From Patescibacteria group bacterium (GTDB lineage Bacteria > Patescibacteriota > Microgenomatia > UBA1400 > PJMF01): a stretch of DNA of 64,000 bases. A program made the translations under genes and the position numbers. The first letter of the stretch is position 1; every line of letters begins with the position of its first letter. This document shows, one piece after another, positions 27,386 to 36,971 of the stretch. Below the pieces are notes generated by a model. The model was not told where the DNA came from. It worked only from the letters and a program-made list of their open reading frames with translations, and did not search any database. Where the stretch lies: positions 67,271 to 131,270 of the forward strand of contig BOKR01000001.1 of assembly GCA_016861085.1 (NCBI GenBank). The letters are read 5' to 3'.

Positions 27386-28324
27386 ATGAAATTAGCAACA
27401 GTATCAGAAGCAGAAAATCCGTATTCGTGGAAGATGGAAATTGCGAAAGCACTTGAAACATCCTCAGAAGTTTCAGACAGAATTAAAAGTACCAGAAAGT
27501 CATTGATTCAGCTTCGTAAGTTTATCGAAGACGTACTCAGATGGCAAAAGGAACGCCCACCACTTTTTGAGACAGATACAAACCTAGATATTTTAACTGT
27601 TTTGTTATTAGGAGAGATTGAAGAAGTTTCAGAACTCCGTGAGCTTGAAGGCTTAAAAGGGTATGATTTCAAATCAGAAAAAGGGGAAACAATTGATGCC
27701 GGTTTTTTCTTGGCATGCGTTGACCATATGGTACGATCACTTGGAGGTGACATTGACCACCAAAGGGCGCTGGCAACAGCTAATGGTCATGCAAAAGGTT
27801 CACGCGCGATTGAACTGCTGCGTGAGGTGAGTGGTAATCTTAGTAAAAAAACACTTGAAAAAGACTTGCAGTACCTCTGGACATTGTGGATATCATACTT
27901 AATCCATATGAAGTATCCGGTGAGTCCAAATCGGGTTCTGCACGAATATACTCTTCCTAAGAATAATGGGAATTATGTAAAAGAATTATTGCAGGGTAAC
28001 CCAATTTTTGAGCGTGCTTTTAATAGAAAAATGGACCGAGATGAAAAAATCGCATACTTTGCTCATTATAGAAAAGCAATGCGGTTAATTAGGGATTTCA
28101 TCCTGAAATATGTTGATCCAAATGTTGAACACACTGGATTAAAGCCTGAGCATTATAGACCCTACAAAATCTTTATTTATAGCTTTATGAACTTTAGCTC
28201 TGTGGGCTTAAATCCTCAGAAGGCGCTAGAAATGTTAGAATCACAGTTATATGTTGATTTTAAGGTTGCCAGAACCCCACAAACCCCTGCAATCTTGCGA
28301 CCAAATCACAGACTGCCAAATTAG
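27386..28324 (+). CDS. hypothetical protein with N-terminal MazG-like nucleotide pyrophosphohydrolase-like helix (EExxE ... E ... D)
   Basis: LLLGEIEEVSELRELEG ... FLACVDHM resembles the MazG/dCTPase metal-binding helix pair. The C-terminal 180 aa are unassigned. Confidence 0.3.
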   Translation: MKLATVSEAENPYSWKMEIAKALETSSEVSDRIKSTRKSLIQLRKFIEDVLRWQKERPPLFETDTNLDILTVLLLGEIEEVSELRELEGLKGYDFKSEKGETIDAGFFLACVDHMVRSLGGDIDHQRALATANGHAKGSRAIELLREVSGNLSKKTLEKDLQYLWTLWISYLIHMKYPVSPNRVLHEYTLPKNNGNYVKELLQGNPIFERAFNRKMDRDEKIAYFAHYRKAMRLIRDFILKYVDPNVEHTGLKPEHYRPYKIFIYSFMNFSSVGLNPQKALEMLESQLYVDFKVARTPQTPAILRPNHRLPN

Positions 28325-28361
28325 GATACAAAAGTGTTATAAATAAGAGAAGGAAAAAAAT

Positions 28362-28997
28362 ATGGGAACAGATAATGGATATTTAATTACACTCGAGGGC
28401 GGAGAAGGTGGAGGTAAAACCACACAAATCGTTCGGCTTCGTGACAGTTTAACCAAGGCAGGTAAGGACGTAGTAGTGCTTCGTGAACCAGGTGGGACAG
28501 TCATTTCAGAGCAAATTCGTGAAGTGGTACTCTCTGCCAAAAATGTAGGGATTGCTTTCACAACTGAGGTTTTATTATTTCAAGCTGCACGTGCGCAAAT
28601 TTATCGCGAGATCGTCTTGCCATCTATGGAAGCGGGCAAGGTTGTGATTATTGATCGTTCCCGTGATAGTTCCGTTGTGTACCAAGGAATGGTGAGAGGT
28701 TTCGGGAAAGATTTGATTGAGCAGCTGAACGATATCTCAACCAAAAATACGTATCCGAACTTAACACTTTTGCTTGATGTTGAGGTTGAAACTGGTTTGA
28801 AGAGAAGAGAGTCCGCTGGTGCTATGAATCGCCTTGACATGGAAGCAACTGATTTTCATAACAAAGTAAGAACAGCTTATTTAGAGTTAGCAAAAGCAGA
28901 CAACTCTGGTCGTTGGCAAATTATTGACGCCGCTAAATCAATCGATGAAGTAGAGCAAGATATCTGGAAGATTGTGTCAGGCAAGACGGGGATTTAG
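28362..28997 (+). CDS. tmk: thymidylate kinase
   Basis: ITLEGGEGGGKTTQ P-loop and the DRSRDSS lid region. Confidence 0.85.
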   Translation: MGTDNGYLITLEGGEGGGKTTQIVRLRDSLTKAGKDVVVLREPGGTVISEQIREVVLSAKNVGIAFTTEVLLFQAARAQIYREIVLPSMEAGKVVIIDRSRDSSVVYQGMVRGFGKDLIEQLNDISTKNTYPNLTLLLDVEVETGLKRRESAGAMNRLDMEATDFHNKVRTAYLELAKADNSGRWQIIDAAKSIDEVEQDIWKIVSGKTGI

Positions 28998-29995
28998 TCT
29001 TCTTCTTGAGCTAGTGAGCCAATTACGATTGGGCCCAAGCCAAGGTCATCAGCTAGTAGTTTGATAATGTTCATGCTGTTCTCAACAGTTTTTTCCAATA
29101 TATATTGAGATTTTTTATCAAGTCTAGGGTACTCCTTGATAAACTTTTTGACGAGTATGGTTTGAAGTTTTCTGAACATTTTATTGAAATGCATGAATGA
29201 ATCATTGATTATTCTTTTTGCTTCATCTGTGTCATTTAAAAGATGCGGAAAATACCTACTTAGGGCCTGAAGTACAAGTCTATCTTCTGATTGATGTGCA
29301 TTTCGTCCTTCTTTTGAATAATAAGTGCGATGGTGATATTTAGCTATTGCCAATGTTAGCATGCTTGCCCTTGATACACCCAAAATTTTTGTTAACTGTT
29401 CTAAATACTTCTCGTATTTGGCAGAAGTCTCTGGATCTGGGTCAAGTGATAAAAGTTGTGTGAGATTGTAAACCCCGTCAGCAACTTCAGCCATAACTTT
29501 CGTAATTGAAGGCTCACCACCATCAAGATATGCTGCATGTATTGCCATGACTTCAGCAGCTTCGGCAGCCTTATAGTGGTCATCTACCTTTGTTCGGACT
29601 GGGTCACCTTCGTGGTTGAGAACACCAGATAAAATATAGGTTCCGTCTAGAGATCCGACTAAACTCATCAGCTTATCACTCCATGTTGCCCTGATATTTT
29701 TTCTGCCAGTATTTTCTCGGTAGAGTTTATTTTCACGTTCCAAAAAAGGAATTTGCAGCAAATAGGTTTGGAACCTTTGGTTATTACCACAAATGTCAAG
29801 TAGCTTAGCAGTCGGAATGAGTTGCAAATTTTCCTGAATTTTTTGGATAAAATCTGGATTTGCTATTTGTTGATTAAATAACTCAAGATTAGTGCTTTGC
29901 AAGGTGATAAGTTCAAGGAAAAAAGAAACACACTCTGGAACAATTTCTTGTTCTTCTAAGTGAAGTCTTGTTATATCATCAATATGATGTGTCAT
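28994..29995 (-). CDS. hypothetical protein (about 334 aa)
   Basis: ORF-track end is 30046. The start MTHHIDD at 29995 is preferred because a TATAAT lies 9 nt upstream (leaderless). No confident domain. Confidence 0.3.
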   Translation of the reverse strand: MTHHIDDITRLHLEEQEIVPECVSFFLELITLQSTNLELFNQQIANPDFIQKIQENLQLIPTAKLLDICGNNQRFQTYLLQIPFLERENKLYRENTGRKNIRATWSDKLMSLVGSLDGTYILSGVLNHEGDPVRTKVDDHYKAAEAAEVMAIHAAYLDGGEPSITKVMAEVADGVYNLTQLLSLDPDPETSAKYEKYLEQLTKILGVSRASMLTLAIAKYHHRTYYSKEGRNAHQSEDRLVLQALSRYFPHLLNDTDEAKRIINDSFMHFNKMFRKLQTILVKKFIKEYPRLDKKSQYILEKTVENSMNIIKLLADDLGLGPIVIGSLAQEED

Positions 29996-30102
29996 TAAAA
30001 AAATATTATAAGATATTTTAAAACCAAAGTCAACAGTCTTTCTCACTTGCTAACTTTAAAAAACGTTTGTAGTATGGAGGTCTCAATACCGGTTGGTTTA
30101 GA

Positions 30103-30720
30103 ATGGATATCCGTATGAAATTGCCTCGAGCAGTCCAAAATTTAATAGAAAAATTTGAAAAATTACCTGGTGTTGGACCAAAGTCGGCGCAGCGTTTAGT
30201 ATTTTACTTGCTTCACAATCCGGACCATGAGTTAGAAGATTTTGCACAGAAAATTACTGCGCTTAAGAAAAATACTGTTTTGTGTGAACACTGCCACAAC
30301 GTGAGTGAATCTAATCCCTGCAGTATCTGTGGCGACCCAAGCAGAGAAGTTGAAGTTTTATGTGTAGTTGAACAGCCTTTAGACGTGATTGCTTTAGAAC
30401 GATCAAATTCTTTCAAAGGGAAATACCATGTGTTGCATGGGAGTATTGCACCATTAAACAACATTGGGCCAGATCAGTTATTTTTACATGATATAGCGGA
30501 TCGTTTAGAGGGGGTGACTGAACTCATTATTGCTACAAATCCAACTATGGAAGGTGAAGCCACAGCTTTGTACATCAGTGAGTATCTGGCGACTAGAGGT
30601 GCTGGTGCCAACAAAGTGACTATAACCAGAATCGGTCATGGGTTACCTATTGGGGCTGATATTGAATATGCTGATGGGGTGACGCTGGCTCGTGCTCTTG
30701 AAGGAAGACGGAAGTTATAA
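30103..30720 (+). CDS. recR: recombination protein RecR
   Basis: KLPGVGPKSAQRL HhH, a C4 zinc finger CEHCHN...CSIC, and a Toprim domain. Confidence 0.85.
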   Translation: MDIRMKLPRAVQNLIEKFEKLPGVGPKSAQRLVFYLLHNPDHELEDFAQKITALKKNTVLCEHCHNVSESNPCSICGDPSREVEVLCVVEQPLDVIALERSNSFKGKYHVLHGSIAPLNNIGPDQLFLHDIADRLEGVTELIIATNPTMEGEATALYISEYLATRGAGANKVTITRIGHGLPIGADIEYADGVTLARALEGRRKL

Positions 30721-30730
30721 GTAAGAACAT

Positions 30731-30759
30731 TTGCGGTCAGCGCAAAATTGTGCTACACT
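30731..30759 (+). promoter_or_regulatory. sigma-70-like promoter (TTGCGG-N17-TACACT with TGn), its -35 embedded in the palindrome TTGCGgtcagCGCAA
   Basis: Hexamers and spacing read from the sequence. Predicted TSS is near 30766. Confidence 0.45.
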
Positions 30760-30768
30760 GAGTAACAG

Positions 30769-30836
30769 ATGACACAGTTTCATCCAATATTGAACGCCAC
30801 AGAGCTCTTTTAGAAGAGTCGTGGTGTTTTTTTTAT
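30769..30836 (+). promoter_or_regulatory. leaderless 14-codon uORF (MTQFHPILNATELF) whose 3' end and stop lie inside an intrinsic terminator hairpin plus U-tract; putative attenuator upstream of hpf
   Basis: ATG at 30769 sits about 3 nt from the predicted TSS. Hairpin CCACaGAGCTCTT-ttag-AAGAGtcGTGG then TGTTTTTTTTATT. A second imperfect hairpin (30833-30880) overlaps the U-tract. Confidence 0.35.
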
Positions 30837-30942
30837 TTCGAAGCCGACCTTTTTCGTAAGAAAAAGTCGTAGCTTCGAAATACGGAAAGCGCTTTTGGGA
30901 CTTGGTCATTCATTCGAGTACAAACTTGAAGAAAGGATCCGT

Positions 30943-31272
30943 ATGACTGTAATAGTTGAGTCAAAGAAAATGAAGTTAACTCAAGCTATTAGGATCTTTG
31001 CCGAAAATCAGGCGGAGAAACTCAAAAAATTGGAGAAAGGGGTTTCACAGGTTCGTATTTACCTTGAAAGTGTTGCTCATAAGAAGTCTGACACGTACTC
31101 AAATATTGTGACGTATTGTGTTTCAATTCCAGGAAAAAACTTAGTTGTAAAAAAACATGCAGTTGATATGTATACTGCGATTGTTGATGCGACTGAAGGA
31201 GCCGTAAGAAAGCTACGAAAAGCCAACGAAAAACGCATGACTATGAAACGAAAGGCTTATAGTCCTACTTGA
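30943..31272 (+). CDS. hpf: ribosome hibernation promoting factor / ribosome-associated inhibitor A (short form)
   Basis: MTVIVESKKMKLTQAIRIFAENQAEKLKKL ... DMYTAIVDATEGAVRKLRK matches the YfiA/HPF fold pattern. Strong RBS GAAAGGA. Confidence 0.6.
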   Translation: MTVIVESKKMKLTQAIRIFAENQAEKLKKLEKGVSQVRIYLESVAHKKSDTYSNIVTYCVSIPGKNLVVKKHAVDMYTAIVDATEGAVRKLRKANEKRMTMKRKAYSPT

Positions 31273-31308
31273 TTATTTAGGTACTTATCTTGTATCGTGT
31301 AGGTATAT

Positions 31309-31803
31309 ATGGACGATACAAATCAGATAAGTGATCAAGTTAGTGCACAAGATGACGCTGTGCAACAGGCTCAACCAACTAGCCAGCAAGTCGCATCAGC
31401 ACCTACGCCAACATCAGCCGCGGCAAATCCAAGTGGCGGTGGGACACAAAAAAACCCTCTCGATGTTCTCGAGCAGCTTTTAAGTGAAATAGATGGTGGT
31501 AAGACGGGTAATGCAACTCCTGCAAAACCGAGTGGTCCAACACCAGAAGAAATTGCGGCTCAAAAAGCTGCCGAAGAACTGGAACAAAGACGAATCGAGT
31601 ATGAACAAAAGCAAGCCCAACAGCAGGTTATTGATCAAGAAAAAATTGATCAACAGCGTCAAGCACTCGTCGAAGAGATGAGTAATGGTACGGCAAACGT
31701 TGCTCGAGCTCAACAAGACGAACAGAAAAAAATTGAGCAGGAGGAGAAGCAACAAGCAGAAGAAGGTTTCGAGATTGTTCAGTTAGATCATACAAAAATT
31801 TGA
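31309..31803 (+). CDS. low-complexity Gln/Glu/Ala-rich hypothetical protein
   Basis: Composition read from the translation. Predicted disordered or coiled-coil. Confidence 0.4.
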   Translation: MDDTNQISDQVSAQDDAVQQAQPTSQQVASAPTPTSAAANPSGGGTQKNPLDVLEQLLSEIDGGKTGNATPAKPSGPTPEEIAAQKAAEELEQRRIEYEQKQAQQQVIDQEKIDQQRQALVEEMSNGTANVARAQQDEQKKIEQEEKQQAEEGFEIVQLDHTKI

Positions 31804-31815
31804 TAAAAGGATAGT

Positions 31816-32505
31816 ATGCCTGGCCCAGGTGGAGCTCCGGGTATGGGGGGAATGAGTCCTCCTGGCGGAGAAATTTCAGAACAACTTGCAAAAATGATGG
31901 GGAGCAGCGCGAAAAGCGGCCCTAGTTCTGGTGGCGGCTCACCAGGATCGGGGCAAATGGGTGCAGCTCAGGTGGCGCAAGCCCAACAAATGTTGGGCCA
32001 GAGTGGCGCAATTCCTGGAGCGCTCGAAGGAAGTGCTGCTGGTAAAACTCCGGGTACTGCTGGTCAAACTGCGACACCGCCAACTCCTCCTCGAGAAGTT
32101 GGAACTATTCAAGAGGAAGTCAAGCGTGGCTTCTCTGATATCTTCACTGGCATAAAGGAATTTTTCAATATAAATACTTGGTTGGGAATTAATCCAAATA
32201 CGCTTGACCCACAACAACAGGCACAGGCTAAACAACTACATTCAAGATATCAACAACTAGATCAGGAACAACAAGCTGTTGCACGTCAAATGTTCGAAGA
32301 AAAAATGCAAAGGAAACGAAAACAAGAAGAAGAAGAGCAACGCAAAAAGCAAATGGAGGCTGAAAAACAGGCTCAATCTTTTGAAATGCCAAGTAGTCCT
32401 CAAAAAGGTGCAGTTGGCCCTGGTGGTGGGAAGAGCAAAAAACAAAATGTGTTGACGAAATTAAAGCAAGACCGAACTACACTTAATAATACCCAAGGCG
32501 AATAA
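31816..32505 (+). CDS. low-complexity Gly/Pro/Gln-rich hypothetical protein with Q/E/K-rich coiled-coil C-terminus
   Basis: MPGPGGAPGMGGMSPPGG ... followed by a charged coiled-coil region. Confidence 0.4.
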   Translation: MPGPGGAPGMGGMSPPGGEISEQLAKMMGSSAKSGPSSGGGSPGSGQMGAAQVAQAQQMLGQSGAIPGALEGSAAGKTPGTAGQTATPPTPPREVGTIQEEVKRGFSDIFTGIKEFFNINTWLGINPNTLDPQQQAQAKQLHSRYQQLDQEQQAVARQMFEEKMQRKRKQEEEEQRKKQMEAEKQAQSFEMPSSPQKGAVGPGGGKSKKQNVLTKLKQDRTTLNNTQGE

Positions 32506-32577
32506 TTCGGGAGCTTTCTTCGCTTTGGCTCCTTTTTTCAAGATGATAGAATACAATAGTTTGAGGATACTACTTAT

Positions 32578-34068
32578 ATGCGACTAAAACTGTATAGCAC
32601 ACTGGATAAAAAAATTACTCAACTACAGCCACTTCACGAGAAAAGAGTGGGGTTATATGCCTGTGGGTTTACAGTATATGACTATACCCATATTGGTCAC
32701 TTGCGAAAATATACAATGGATGATGTGTTAATTCGAGCCTTGCGGTACGGAAACCAGAATCTTGCTGAGAAAATCGGTGTAGATTTGCAATCGTATGAAG
32801 TTACATTTGTTCAAAATGTGACTGATGTTGGTCATTTAGCTTCTGATGCTGATACTGGCGAAGACAAACTAGAAAAAGGTGCTAAAAAATATGGTAAAAG
32901 TGTTTGGGATATTGCACATGAGTTTGAAGCATATTTTTTTAAGAGTATGGACTTGATGGGTAACCTTCGACCAGATGTGAGTTGCAGAGCTACTGAGCAT
33001 ATTCAAGAACAGCTTGATATGGTGATTGAACTTGAGCGCAAAGGGTACACCTATATTATTGAGGGTGATGGAGTATATTTTGACACGAGCAAGTTTCCTG
33101 AGTATGGAAAAATGGCTGGTCTGGATGTATCGCAGCAAGAAGAAGGCGCTCGTATTGGCCTGGTAGATGGCAAGCGAAACCCTGCTGACTTTGCCCTTTG
33201 GAAATTTGAACGACCTGGAGAAAATAGGGCTATGGTATGGCCAAGTCCGTGGCATGAGAGAAGTTTTCCAGGCTGGCATATTGAATGTAGTGCAATGGCC
33301 ATGAAGTATCTGGGCGAACAGTTCGATATTCACACTGGTGGAATTGATCACATCCCGGTGCATCATACAAATGAAATTGCTCAAGCAGAAGCAACAACGG
33401 GCAAAAAACCGTTTGTGCGGTATTGGGTACATCATAATCATTTGCATATTAATGGCGAAAAAATGAGCAAGTCTCTTGGGAATTTTTTCACGATTGACGA
33501 TGTTTTAGAACGCGGCTTTCATCCAATGGCTTTGCGATTATTGTTTTTAACAGCTCACTACCGTTCAGAGATGAATTTCACTTGGGAAAATTTAGAAGGG
33601 GCACAAAAGGCGTATGAAAAGCTGTTGAAAGCAGTGTCAATGCTAGAAGAAAACTCTGTTTTAATTTCACAACTTGGTGAGTCAGCAGTTACTCACGTTA
33701 CCGCATTTTTTGAAAGTATACGCAATGATTTAAATACAGCCCAAGCAGTGAGTGTTGTCTGGTCGGTTATTAAAGATTCCTCAGTAGAAGATGCAGAAAA
33801 GAAAACAATTTTACTAGAATTTGATAAAATTTTGGGGTTAGGATTAAGTACAGCGAGGGAAACTTTGGAAGAGATTGGCAAAGCTCAAGTGACTCAAATA
33901 GAAGAAATACCAGAAGAAATCTCTCAAAAAGTTGGGCAGCGTGAGTTGGCAAGAAAAAATAAAGATTTTGCAACTTCAGACAAGATCAGAAATGAATTGC
34001 TCAAGCTAGGGTGGAGTGTTGAGGATACTTCTGTAGGGCCAGTAACCGTAAAGATAAAGAGACCATAA
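32578..34068 (+). CDS. cysS: cysteine--tRNA ligase
   Basis: CGFTVYDYTHIGH (HIGH) and KMSKSLGN (KMSKS). Confidence 0.9.
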   Translation: MRLKLYSTLDKKITQLQPLHEKRVGLYACGFTVYDYTHIGHLRKYTMDDVLIRALRYGNQNLAEKIGVDLQSYEVTFVQNVTDVGHLASDADTGEDKLEKGAKKYGKSVWDIAHEFEAYFFKSMDLMGNLRPDVSCRATEHIQEQLDMVIELERKGYTYIIEGDGVYFDTSKFPEYGKMAGLDVSQQEEGARIGLVDGKRNPADFALWKFERPGENRAMVWPSPWHERSFPGWHIECSAMAMKYLGEQFDIHTGGIDHIPVHHTNEIAQAEATTGKKPFVRYWVHHNHLHINGEKMSKSLGNFFTIDDVLERGFHPMALRLLFLTAHYRSEMNFTWENLEGAQKAYEKLLKAVSMLEENSVLISQLGESAVTHVTAFFESIRNDLNTAQAVSVVWSVIKDSSVEDAEKKTILLEFDKILGLGLSTARETLEEIGKAQVTQIEEIPEEISQKVGQRELARKNKDFATSDKIRNELLKLGWSVEDTSVGPVTVKIKRP

Positions 34069-34233
34069 TTCTAGATTTTTGCTCTCGACTTATCTCAGGT
34101 TTAATGATAGGATATTTGTCTGACCATTTTTGGTTGCACTTTATAAGTGCAGATATTCACGGGAAGGGATATAGTAATAGTATAACCAGGGGCTCAATAA
34201 GGAGTCTTGGGTTTTTGTATACGGTGAAGGTAT

Positions 34234-35958
34234 ATGTTACAGACATATAAGCGGTACTACCAGTTTTTATGGAAGTATAAGTGGCAAATGAGTTTGTTCA
34301 CTGTGTTTTTAGTGGCTTTATCTATTACTGAAAGTGTGTATCCATACTTTTTTAAGCTATTTGTGGACGCAATCCCACTCAAAGATCCAGTTTTATTGCT
34401 TACGATATTACTTTCTTATGTTGGTATAAGATTACTGAAGCTTGCGTTTGATTTAGCAACATACTTTTCTGGTGACAGTGCTTTGCTTGCTACAGCAAGA
34501 GATATTAGAGTTGCGGTTTTTAAGAAAATTCAAGATTTAGATTTTGCGTATCACCTTACCAAAAGCACTGGATCAATGATTTCTGCAATTAAACGTGGTG
34601 ACTTAGCTGTATTTAACTTCTTTCACATGGTGAACATCAATTTAGTTCGAGCATTGATAAGCTTTACAGTTTTATTGGTGTTATTTGCCCAGCTCAAGCT
34701 TGAAATTGCAGGATTAATGCTTTGTTCAATGATTCTTAATTCAATATTCGCTTATTTTTTAATTAAGAGAAACGTGGCTGCTAGAGTGAAGTTTAATGAT
34801 AGCGAAGATGAGGTTTCTGACGTAATTGTTGACAACCTTATCAACTTTGAAACAGTCAAGTTTTTTGCAAAGGAGCGAGCGGAGTATACAAGACTCGGAA
34901 AAACATTTGTGCCGTGGATGAAAGCACTCTGGGGATACGCAAATTCGTTTAGAGCAATTGATATTGTAATTGGGGTTACTGGCAACGCTAGTTTATTAGC
35001 AGTTTTGTACTTCGGACTACAATATCTATTGCGTGGTCAAATCTCAACTGGAGAATACATCATGATTTTGGGGTTTGTTGACTCTTTTTATGGTAGATTT
35101 TTTGATCTTGTTTTTCAGATGAGAGACGTAGCTAAAAACAATGCTGATCTACAGTCATATTTTAACGTGTTTAACAGCGATACGTTGGTGAAAGATCCCC
35201 AGAAACCTGTTGAAGTTGAGACCGTCGAAGGTGAAATTGTTTTCGACAATGTCAATTTTTCATATCCTGAGGGTAAAGGTGATGCAATTAAAGATCTGAC
35301 TTTTAAGATTGAGCCAGGTGAATCCGTGGCACTTGTTGGACGTTCTGGCGCAGGTAAAACAACAATCACAAAATTATTGATGCGTTTTTATGATCCAGTC
35401 TCTGGTGCAATTTTAATTGACGGTATTGATATTAGAACAATGACAAAGTCAAACTTGCGTTCGTTTATGGGAATTGTTCCCCAAGAGCCAGTTTTATTCA
35501 ATGAATCTATCGCATACAATATTGGCTATGGTGCTGGGACCACCGATATCACTGAAATAGCATATGCAGCAAAAATGGCAAATTTAGATGAGTTTATTAA
35601 AGACTTGCCAGAAGGCTATGATACAAAAGTTGGGGAGCGTGGTGTTCGACTTTCAGGTGGACAAAAGCAACGCTTAGCTATTGCTCGTATGATCTTGTCT
35701 AATCCAGACATTATCATTTTCGATGAGGCAACCAGTCAATTAGATAGTCAATCAGAAAAATTGATTCAAGATGCATTTTGGAAAGTATCAAAGAATAAGA
35801 CAACATTAATTATTGCTCACCGATTGTCATCAATTACAAAAGCAGACAGAATTATTGTGATGGACAACGGGCAAATTGCCGAGATGGGGACTCACAAAGC
35901 ATTACTGGCCAAAGAAGGTTTGTACGCCAAATTTTGGAAGCTACAGACAGTTGGGTAG
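34234..35958 (+). CDS. ABC transporter fused permease/ATP-binding protein (MsbA-like exporter)
   Basis: Six N-terminal TM helices. Walker A GRSGAGKTT, signature LSGGQKQRLAIAR, Walker B IIIFDEATS. Confidence 0.85.
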   Translation: MLQTYKRYYQFLWKYKWQMSLFTVFLVALSITESVYPYFFKLFVDAIPLKDPVLLLTILLSYVGIRLLKLAFDLATYFSGDSALLATARDIRVAVFKKIQDLDFAYHLTKSTGSMISAIKRGDLAVFNFFHMVNINLVRALISFTVLLVLFAQLKLEIAGLMLCSMILNSIFAYFLIKRNVAARVKFNDSEDEVSDVIVDNLINFETVKFFAKERAEYTRLGKTFVPWMKALWGYANSFRAIDIVIGVTGNASLLAVLYFGLQYLLRGQISTGEYIMILGFVDSFYGRFFDLVFQMRDVAKNNADLQSYFNVFNSDTLVKDPQKPVEVETVEGEIVFDNVNFSYPEGKGDAIKDLTFKIEPGESVALVGRSGAGKTTITKLLMRFYDPVSGAILIDGIDIRTMTKSNLRSFMGIVPQEPVLFNESIAYNIGYGAGTTDITEIAYAAKMANLDEFIKDLPEGYDTKVGERGVRLSGGQKQRLAIARMILSNPDIIIFDEATSQLDSQSEKLIQDAFWKVSKNKTTLIIAHRLSSITKADRIIVMDNGQIAEMGTHKALLAKEGLYAKFWKLQTVG

Positions 35959-35974
35959 TCGCAGTAAGGCTAGA

Positions 35975-36916
35975 CTAGAACACTCCACTCTTATCCATAG
36001 TGAGCATTGTTTTTTCCCAATTTCGTTCGCGTTCTCGCCAGGTTGTTACGATCAGATCTTCAAGAGGTTCTAATTTTCTTTGACTTTCAGTCAGGTTTTG
36101 ATTGAAGTTTTTATTGACAAACCCAACTGGATTTGTCCATGCAGATGGAGGGTGACTTTTTTGTAGTTCACTTAAACTACTAAAAATTGAAGCTAGTATA
36201 TAGTGTCGAAGTTGATTTAGATTTTCATTGGGGAAAAGCCCTGACATGACAGATTCTTTTAAATTGGTTTTATGTAGCACTTGTCGTATTTGGTCTTGGG
36301 TATAGACTTGGTCTTTATTTGGTCGTGGTAGACCCATGGCCATTGCTGTATCACAAAGTGAAAATAAGAAGAGTGAAAAAGTGTCAGACCAATTAGGAAC
36401 TTGAGTTTGAAAATCAATAAGATATTTGTTGAGTTGACGGTCGTGTATATGAGCGAGGAATGCCCATTTTTGAACAAATGGTTGCAAACGAGGGCTAGTG
36501 GTCTTAGCCCAAATTCTGAGTAAATCGCCACCCATTTGTGGATGCAGCCAATGTCGAGCTCGATCATAGCTTGGGCGTTTTATGCGATCCGCAGGGTGAA
36601 CAAGTTTTTTTGCCACTTCACTGTCAATATCAGCTGCTGTTTTGCCGATATCATGTAAAAGCCAAAATGGTGCCCTAAAAAAAACACTCTGTTGAGCCGA
36701 AAAGGAAAGTTTAAGTCTTAAAAATAGGTCCTGGGCTAGTCTAGTGGCAGTGTGGTGAACCGCAACAGAATGCATGAAAGTCCCAGGGTCTCTATGTGCA
36801 AATGATTCTAGAAGTGATTTCAGCTCTGGCCAAGTCATGAGTACTTGGTCAAAAGATTTGGGGAGATTAACAGTTACCTCATGTAAGCTTGATACTTCTG
36901 GATGAACGGGATTCAT
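35975..36916 (-). CDS. HD-domain phosphohydrolase
   Basis: H...HD signature (HSVAVHHT ... LLHDIGK). The start MNPVHPE at 36916 is preferred over the track start at 36994, which would overlap the divergent ATPase gene. Confidence 0.55.
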   Translation of the reverse strand: MNPVHPEVSSLHEVTVNLPKSFDQVLMTWPELKSLLESFAHRDPGTFMHSVAVHHTATRLAQDLFLRLKLSFSAQQSVFFRAPFWLLHDIGKTAADIDSEVAKKLVHPADRIKRPSYDRARHWLHPQMGGDLLRIWAKTTSPRLQPFVQKWAFLAHIHDRQLNKYLIDFQTQVPNWSDTFSLFLFSLCDTAMAMGLPRPNKDQVYTQDQIRQVLHKTNLKESVMSGLFPNENLNQLRHYILASIFSSLSELQKSHPPSAWTNPVGFVNKNFNQNLTESQRKLEPLEDLIVTTWRERERNWEKTMLTMDKSGVF

Positions 36917-36971
36917 GGGCAGTATTATATACGTATTTTTAGAAAATAAACTTTGATATAATGGTGCGATT

